Positions 58,601-64,000 of a stretch of 64,000 nt of DNA are shown piece by piece. Origin of the DNA: an uncultured Acidobacteriaceae bacterium (GTDB lineage: Bacteria > Acidobacteriota > Terriglobia > Terriglobales > Acidobacteriaceae); the NCBI GenBank assembly GCA_963838555.1, contig CAWIRK010000002.1, positions 62,127 through 126,126 of the forward strand. The letters run 5' to 3'. Within the stretch, counting starts at the first letter, position 1. Every line of letters starts with the position of its first letter. The position numbers and the translations under genes were made by a program. The notes beneath the pieces were generated by a model. The model had not been told where the DNA came from. It searched no databases and saw nothing but the letters and a program-made list of their open reading frames with translations.

Positions 58601-59899
58601 TTATTCAGTGGGGAGTAGCTGATCGCAGTCTTTCGCTCGCTGGAGGAGGAGGTTGCGTTCTCGGGTGTTGCGGGTCAGGGTGGCGGCTCGGGTGAATTCG
58701 GCGCGGGCTTCGTTGTGGCGATTTAGTTTGGTGAGGAGATCGCCGCGTACGCTGGGCAGGAGGTGGTAGCTCTTTAGTGAGGGCTCGTTGATTAGGGTGT
58801 CGACTATGTCCAGGCCGGCCTCGGGACTCTGGGCCATGGAGACAGCTACGGCTCGGTTGAGCTCGATGATGGGTGAGGGTGTGAGCCGTGTGAGAGTTTC
58901 GTAGAGGGCGGCGATGCGGGGCCAGTCGGTGGCTTCGGGTGTGGCGGCTCGGGCGTGGCAGGCGGCGATAGCGGCTTGGAGGGCGTAGGGGCCGGGGTTT
59001 CGATGTTGATTGTCGCTTAGTTGTTCGGCGTGTTGCAGTGCGGCGAGGCCGCGGTGGATCAGGAGTTGGTCCCAGTGGGTGCGGTTTTGATCGAGGAGAA
59101 GGATGGGTTCGCCGGTGGGGGTGGTGCGGGCTTTGGAGCGTGAGGCCTGGATCTCCATGAGGGCTACGAGGCCGTGAACTTCAGGTTCGTTGGGAACGAG
59201 GTTGGCGAGGATGCGGCCGAGGCGGAGGGCTTCTTCGCAGAGGGTGGGGCGGAGCCAGTCCTCGCCGGCAGTGGCGGAGTAGCCTTCGTTGAAGATGAGG
59301 TAGACGACTTTGAGGACAGAGGAGAGGCGGGCTCCGAGTTCAGAGCCGCGGGGGACTTCGAAGGGGACGCGGGATTCGGTGAGGGTGCGTTTGGCGCGGA
59401 CGATGCGCTGGGCGATGGTGGGTTCGGGGACGAGGAAGGCGCGGGCGATCTCGTCGGTGGTGAGCCCGCCGAGCATGCGGAGGGTGAGGGCGAGCTGGGC
59501 TTCAAGGGAGAGAATGGGATGGCAGGAGATGAAGACGAGGCGGAGGAGGTCGTCGCCGACGTTGTCGTCGATTGCGGTGACGTAGTCGGGCACGGCCTGC
59601 TCCTTTTCTGCGATCTCGGGGGCGAGTTGGGCGAGTTTGGTTTCGAGGCGGGTGTTGCGGCGGAAGAGATCGATGGCGCGGCGTTTGGCCGTGGCGGTGA
59701 GCCATGCGCCGGGGTTCTCAGGGACTCCGGTTTGCGGCCACTGTTCGAGGGCGGCTAGGAGGGCCTCCTGCGCGAGGTCTTCGGCCAAGCCGACGTCACG
59801 GGTGAAGCGAGTAAGGGTGGCGATGACGCGCGCTGACTCGATGTGCCAGACGGCGTCGATGGTGCGGTGTGTGGCGTGATGTGGATCGGTAGTGGACAC
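58601..59899 (-). CDS. ECF RNA polymerase sigma factor with long C-terminal TPR extension (ECF42-type)
   Basis: LAEDLAQEAL; NPGAWL; DDLLRLVFISCHP; EIARAFLVPE; LIFNEGY; YALQAAIAACHA; DWPRIAALY; ELNRAVA. Confidence 0.92.
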   Translation of the reverse strand: MSTTDPHHATHRTIDAVWHIESARVIATLTRFTRDVGLAEDLAQEALLAALEQWPQTGVPENPGAWLTATAKRRAIDLFRRNTRLETKLAQLAPEIAEKEQAVPDYVTAIDDNVGDDLLRLVFISCHPILSLEAQLALTLRMLGGLTTDEIARAFLVPEPTIAQRIVRAKRTLTESRVPFEVPRGSELGARLSSVLKVVYLIFNEGYSATAGEDWLRPTLCEEALRLGRILANLVPNEPEVHGLVALMEIQASRSKARTTPTGEPILLLDQNRTHWDQLLIHRGLAALQHAEQLSDNQHRNPGPYALQAAIAACHARAATPEATDWPRIAALYETLTRLTPSPIIELNRAVAVSMAQSPEAGLDIVDTLINEPSLKSYHLLPSVRGDLLTKLNRHNEARAEFTRAATLTRNTRERNLLLQRAKDCDQLLPTE

Positions 59900-59943
59900 T
59901 GCTACCGATCACACCAGTTTTGGATACGTCAGTGCAAGTGGGG

Positions 59944-60381
59944 CTATCTCTTTGCTGCCTGAGCTGCCAGTTGAGCGCGGAGGTTTTTTTCCTGCTGAAT
60001 ACCTTCTTCGGAAAAGGCATATGCGAAGTCTTCTGGCTCGAAGACCTGGCGGATCTCGACTTCGCCGTCGCCGGTGGGGCTGCAGGTGGGGATGCGCTTG
60101 ACCCACTCAATGGCCTCTTCGAGGGATTTGACCTGCCAGAGATAAAAGCCGCCGATGAGTTCCTTGCTCTCGGCGAAGGGACCGTCAATGACGGTGCGGT
60201 TCTTGCCGGAGAAGTGAACGCGAGCGCCTTTGGAAGAGGGGTGGAGGCCTTCGTAGCCTAGAACGACTCCGGCTTCTACGAGCTCATCGGTGAACTTGTT
60301 CATGTCGGCAATGGCCTGCGGGTCTGGGAGTGCACCTTTTTCTGAGTCTGCGTTTGCTTTGAAGATGACCATGAATCGCAT
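59944..60381 (-). CDS. YciI/DGPF family protein
   Basis: DGPFAESKELIGGF; EVEIRQV. Confidence 0.92.
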   Translation of the reverse strand: MRFMVIFKANADSEKGALPDPQAIADMNKFTDELVEAGVVLGYEGLHPSSKGARVHFSGKNRTVIDGPFAESKELIGGFYLWQVKSLEEAIEWVKRIPTCSPTGDGEVEIRQVFEPEDFAYAFSEEGIQQEKNLRAQLAAQAAKR

Positions 60382-60426
60382 TTTTTGTCCTTTCGAGTTG
60401 GACTGAATGTGGGTAGATCGCGCGGC

Positions 60427-60774
60427 TTATTCTGCGGGCTGCTCGAAGACCTGGCGGATTTCGACTTCACCGTCGCCTGCGATCTTCATGAAGGCCTTGG
60501 TGAATTCGACGGCGTCTTCCTTCGACTTTGCCTGGATGAGGGCGAAGCCGCCGACGATCTCTTTGGCTTCGGTGAACGGGCCGTCGGTAACTTTGAATTT
60601 TCCGTCGGTCATGCGGACGCGGGCGCCGAGTGCGCTGGGCAGGCAGCCCTCGGTGGCGAGGAGTGCGCCGGACTTAAAGGAGTCTTCGATGAGTTTCCCC
60701 ATCGTGGCCATCTCGGCTTCGTTGGGAGGGGCGCCTTCGGCTTTGGCGGGTTTGTAGAGGCATAAGAATCGCAT
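60427..60774 (-). CDS. YciI/DGPF family protein
   Basis: AAGGAG RBS; DGPFTEAKEIVGGF; EVEIRQV. Confidence 0.92.
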   Translation of the reverse strand: MRFLCLYKPAKAEGAPPNEAEMATMGKLIEDSFKSGALLATEGCLPSALGARVRMTDGKFKVTDGPFTEAKEIVGGFALIQAKSKEDAVEFTKAFMKIAGDGEVEIRQVFEQPAE

Positions 60775-60827
60775 GGTTGTTTCTCCTTTGATTTTTTTTA
60801 GCGGATTGAATGCCGCTCTATGGATGC

Positions 60828-60854
60828 GTCGAATGAGGGTTTGTGAAATCGACA
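60828..60854 (-). promoter_or_regulatory. ECF42-type promoter 2
   Basis: Minus strand TGTCGA-17 nt-CGAC. Confidence 0.75.
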
Positions 60855-60883
60855 CGAGCGCGAATTCTTTTGTGAACTTTCGA

Positions 60884-61303
60884 TTATTTCTTCGCGCCGA
60901 TCTGTTCGCGGAGGCGGTCTTCCTGTTCTTTGAGTTCTGGAGTCATCTGGGGGCCGAAGTCTTCGGGCTCGAAGACGGGGCGGATTTCGACTTCGGCGCC
61001 GGGGCCGAAGGGGCTGCGTTTGAGCCATTCGACTGCCTCTTCGATGTTGCGGACCTGCCATATCCAAAAGCCAGCTACGAGTTCTTTGGTCTCGGCGAAG
61101 GGGCCGTCGGTGACGGTGGGTTTGCCGGCAGTGAAGGTGACGCGCTTGCCTGCGGAGCTGGGCTTGAGGCCTTCGCCGGCGAGCATTACGCCTGCTTTGA
61201 CGAGTTCTTCGTTGAACTTGCCCATGTTGGTGAGGAGTTCTGTGCTGGGGAGGACGCCTGCCTCTGAATCTTTGCTTGCTTTGACGAATACCATGCAACG
61301 CAT
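60884..61303 (-). CDS. YciI/DGPF family protein
   Basis: AAGGAG RBS; DGPFAETKELVAGF; EVEIRPV. Confidence 0.92.
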   Translation of the reverse strand: MRCMVFVKASKDSEAGVLPSTELLTNMGKFNEELVKAGVMLAGEGLKPSSAGKRVTFTAGKPTVTDGPFAETKELVAGFWIWQVRNIEEAVEWLKRSPFGPGAEVEIRPVFEPEDFGPQMTPELKEQEDRLREQIGAKK

Positions 61304-61373
61304 TCTTGTTTCTCCTTTTAGCTTCGATTGGAGCTGGGGTTCGGGGCGCTTAATCCATGCTCTCTACTCTGAC

Positions 61374-61400
61374 GTCGAAAATGGATGGGCATAATCGACA
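61374..61400 (-). promoter_or_regulatory. ECF42-type promoter 1
   Basis: Minus strand TGTCGA-17 nt-CGAC. Confidence 0.75.
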
Positions 61401-61530
61401 TGGCTTCAAGATTTTTTTTCGTATCCATTCTCGCCTACGGGTGAGCGCACGTTCCACGGGAAAGAAAGGTACACTCGATGCATCGCCGTGAGTTGTTGTG
61501 GGGCGGAAAATCTTCTGGATGGAGTAAGCA

Positions 61531-62229
61531 ATGTCGACGAATACTAGTTTCTGGAGCCGTTTCGAGGAGCGGGTTGCGCCGTTCAATCTGTTGAAGCATC
61601 CGTTTTATCAGGCGTGGTCGAAGGGTGAGTTGGCGCGCGAGGACCTGCGTGAGTATGCCGCGGAGTATTGGCATCATGTGTCGGCGTTTCCGACTTATCT
61701 GAGTGCGCTGCACTCGCGCCTGCCGGATGGAGAGATGCGGCGAGAGGTTCTGCGGAATCTTGTCGAAGAGGAGGGCGTGGATGCTGCGACGGCTCGTCCG
61801 CATAGCGATCTTTGGATGGACTTCGCGGCTGGCATGGGAGCTTCGCGGGATGAGGTTAAAGGCCGTGCGGTGCAGCCGGAGATGACAGCTCTGGTTGCTA
61901 CGTTTCGCGAGTTGATGCAAGAAGAGAAGGCTTCCTCGGCGATGGCGGCGTTGTATGCGTATGAGTCGAAGGTGCCGGCGATCGCTACGAGCAAGGCAGA
62001 CGGCCTGGCCGCGCATTACGGGACGGAAGGTGTGGCGGCACGGTACTTCACGCTGCATCAGACGGCGGATGTTGCGCATGCCAGCGTGTGGCGGGAGTTG
62101 ATTGATAAAGAGCTGGCTGCTTCGCCTGAGGCGGAGGAGGCTGCGCTGGCAGCGGGCGAGCGTGCGGCGAAGGCGCTTTGGGTTGCTCTGGATGGTGTGG
62201 AGCGGCAGCGGTTGGCGGTAGCGAATTAA
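61531..62229 (+). CDS. CADD-like heme-oxygenase-fold diiron protein (TenA/PqqC superfamily), putative pABA synthase
   Basis: LLKHPFYQAWSKGEL; YWHHVSAFPTYLSALHSR; NLVEEE..HSDLW; ALYAYE..IATSKADGL; YFTLHQTADVAH. Confidence 0.82.
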   Translation: MSTNTSFWSRFEERVAPFNLLKHPFYQAWSKGELAREDLREYAAEYWHHVSAFPTYLSALHSRLPDGEMRREVLRNLVEEEGVDAATARPHSDLWMDFAAGMGASRDEVKGRAVQPEMTALVATFRELMQEEKASSAMAALYAYESKVPAIATSKADGLAAHYGTEGVAARYFTLHQTADVAHASVWRELIDKELAASPEAEEAALAAGERAAKALWVALDGVERQRLAVAN

Positions 62230-62266
62230 TTTGGAACAGTGTTTGACTGGAATAAGTTGTTTAGCG

Positions 62267-62299
62267 AAGGACTGGGTGAAGGATGCCCGGTCCTTTTCT
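62267..62299. terminator. Intrinsic terminator between convergent genes
   Basis: AAGGACTGGGT..GCCCGGTCCTT-TTCT. Confidence 0.65.
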
Positions 62300-62306
62300 G
62301 TGTGCG

Positions 62307-64000
62307 CTACATCCGTATGGCGGGATTTCGGCCCGGCTGCTGGCTCCAGACTGCTACCTGGCGGAGAGCCTGAGCGAGTGTACTGACGATGACGGTGGGT
62401 TTTCCGCTGCCGAAGCGCTCGATGGTGAGGTCGGGGGTCTGGTCAGGATCGTCGGGGCTGTTCCACAGGCCGATGACGATGCGGTTGTGGGGCAGGTGCA
62501 GGCGGACGCGCTGGCAGATGGCGCGGGCCTGAGAGAAGGCAAAGGGTGGCAGGGCCGAGATGAAGATGACGGTGTTGGGTTCGTTGGCGAGTGATTCGAG
62601 AATCTCGGTGGAGACGGAGCCACCGGGAAGATGGAGGGTTTGGTGGTTGGCGCGCTCCATGATCTGGACGAGCATGTGAGTGGTGAGTTCGTCAGCCTGA
62701 TCGCTGGCGGAGATACAGACAACGGCGAAGTCGCTCAGCCTGGCGGAGCGGAATGGAAGCGGTTGCGGAGAGATCGGAGCGCTGGGTAATTCTTTCTGAT
62801 GATAGTCGGTGAGCTCGGCGACGAGCTCGCCGATGCTGAGGAAGAAGAAGTTGCAACGGACGTCGTCGAGAGTTCCCTGGTGGCGGTCCTGCTCGATCAG
62901 GGCGAGGGCTGGGATGAGGACGGAGTCGTAGAGCTCGATGAGAGGTTTGTTTTCGAGGAAACGGTTGGCGACGGCGTGGGCTTCGTGCTGATCCATGGCG
63001 AGAAGACGCTCATAGAAGAGGGCTTCGGTGGAGAGCTCGGCATCGGTGCCGAGCAGGGTGTGGAGGAAGGAGAGGTGGGGGACGTAGCGCCCCATGACCA
63101 CGATGCAGACGGTAAGAGGAGTGGAGAGGATGAGGCCGGGCCATCCCCAGAGAAGCGCCCAAAAGATGGCCATGGCGAGAAGGGCGAGGGAGGAGATGCC
63201 GGTGCGGGAGCTGAAGAGCCAGGGCTCGACGAAGTTGGTGGCGGTGAGTTCGAGGGTGAGGAAGAGAGCGAGGATGAGGAGTGGCGAGGACCAGGAGGTG
63301 GAGGTGGCGATGGAGACGATGAGCGGGAGGATGAGGCTGGTTGCCGTGCCGACGTATGGGATGATGCGAAGGATTGCGGCGAGAACTCCCCAGAGGGTGG
63401 CGTTGGGTACGCCGATAAGAAAGAGGCCGATGCCGAAGCAGGTTCCGTAGGCGGCGTTGACTGCGGCCTGGAAGAGCAGGTATTGGCTGATGCGGGTAGC
63501 GGCATCCTCGAGGGCCTGGGTCATGACGCTGATGCGGCCCATTCCGGCGAGGAGGAGAATGCGGTGACGAAGATCCTCGCGCTTCATCAGGAGGTAGATG
63601 GTGAAGACGATGACTACGCCGAAGGTCCCGATGGGGCGGAGGAACCGCATGAGGAGCTCACTGGCGGATTGGAGCTGAGTGCGGTCGGGGTCGATGACGC
63701 GGACTGGTTGAACCTGCGTGGGGGGTTGCTGCGGGTTGGGGGAGGCGGGGCCGGTGCCTTTGGCAAAATCTCCACTGATATCGTCGATCGCTTTGACGGC
63801 GTTTTCAAGGGATTGCTCCGCGGAGGAGTGGACGGAGGCGAGTTTCTTCTGGATGTTGAGACGGTACTCGGGAAGGCTGCGGGCGACGTTGAGGAGCTGA
63901 CGGGCGACGACGTATCCCACTGCACAGATGATGGTGAAGGCGAGGATGCCGGTGATGGCAACGGCGGCGACGCGCGGGAGTCGGCGGGCCTCAAGGCGGC
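62307..64000 (-). CDS. AI-2E family transporter with C-terminal cytoplasmic extension (5' end beyond the window)
   Basis: REDLRHRI; IGVPNATLWG; RIIPYVG; NFVEPWL; WGWPGLILSTPLT; FYERLLAMD. Confidence 0.88.
   Translation of the reverse strand, partial: RLEARRLPRVAAVAITGILAFTIICAVGYVVARQLLNVARSLPEYRLNIQKKLASVHSSAEQSLENAVKAIDDISGDFAKGTGPASPNPQQPPTQVQPVRVIDPDRTQLQSASELLMRFLRPIGTFGVVIVFTIYLLMKREDLRHRILLLAGMGRISVMTQALEDAATRISQYLLFQAAVNAAYGTCFGIGLFLIGVPNATLWGVLAAILRIIPYVGTATSLILPLIVSIATSTSWSSPLLILALFLTLELTATNFVEPWLFSSRTGISSLALLAMAIFWALLWGWPGLILSTPLTVCIVVMGRYVPHLSFLHTLLGTDAELSTEALFYERLLAMDQHEAHAVANRFLENKPLIELYDSVLIPALALIEQDRHQGTLDDVRCNFFFLSIGELVAELTDYHQKELPSAPISPQPLPFRSARLSDFAVVCISASDQADELTTHMLVQIMERANHQTLHLPGGSVSTEILESLANEPNTVIFISALPPFAFSQARAICQRVRLHLPHNRIVIGLWNSPDDPDQTPDLTIERFGSGKPTVIVSTLAQALRQVAVWSQQPGRNPAIRM

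Overview
GC-rich, G-skewed (+ strand) 64-kb chromosomal segment. Gene content and intergenic repeat style point to an Acidobacteriota (Terriglobia / Acidobacteriaceae-like) bacterium; this assignment is inference. Core genes (obgE, mnmG, msrA, dnaB, alr, mltG, ruvX, greA, poxB, iaaA, maf, lpxC, folK) are interspersed with three Oar-type TonB-dependent receptors, secreted hydrolases, a TetR-HlyD-ABC efflux operon, an ECF42 sigma factor with three DGPF/YciI genes, a beta-barrel plus tandem PAP2/haloperoxidase pair and a CADD-like diiron protein. No rRNA, tRNA, CRISPR array or prophage was seen. Many single-base indels (notably 14.6-18.3 kb, including essential dnaB) look like long-read consensus errors. 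The most notable signals are: (1) palindromic REP-like repeats that are the exact target of a complete IS481 (6-bp GCTAAA duplication in a hairpin loop), appear in-frame inside mnmG, and bracket a compositionally distinct lipoprotein gene; (2) several sharply defined regulatory sites (WYL operator, 30-bp TetR palindrome, two ECF42 promoters) and recurrent leaderless-type starts; (3) a CADD-type putative self-sacrificing pABA synthase. All family assignments come from motif recognition, not database searches.
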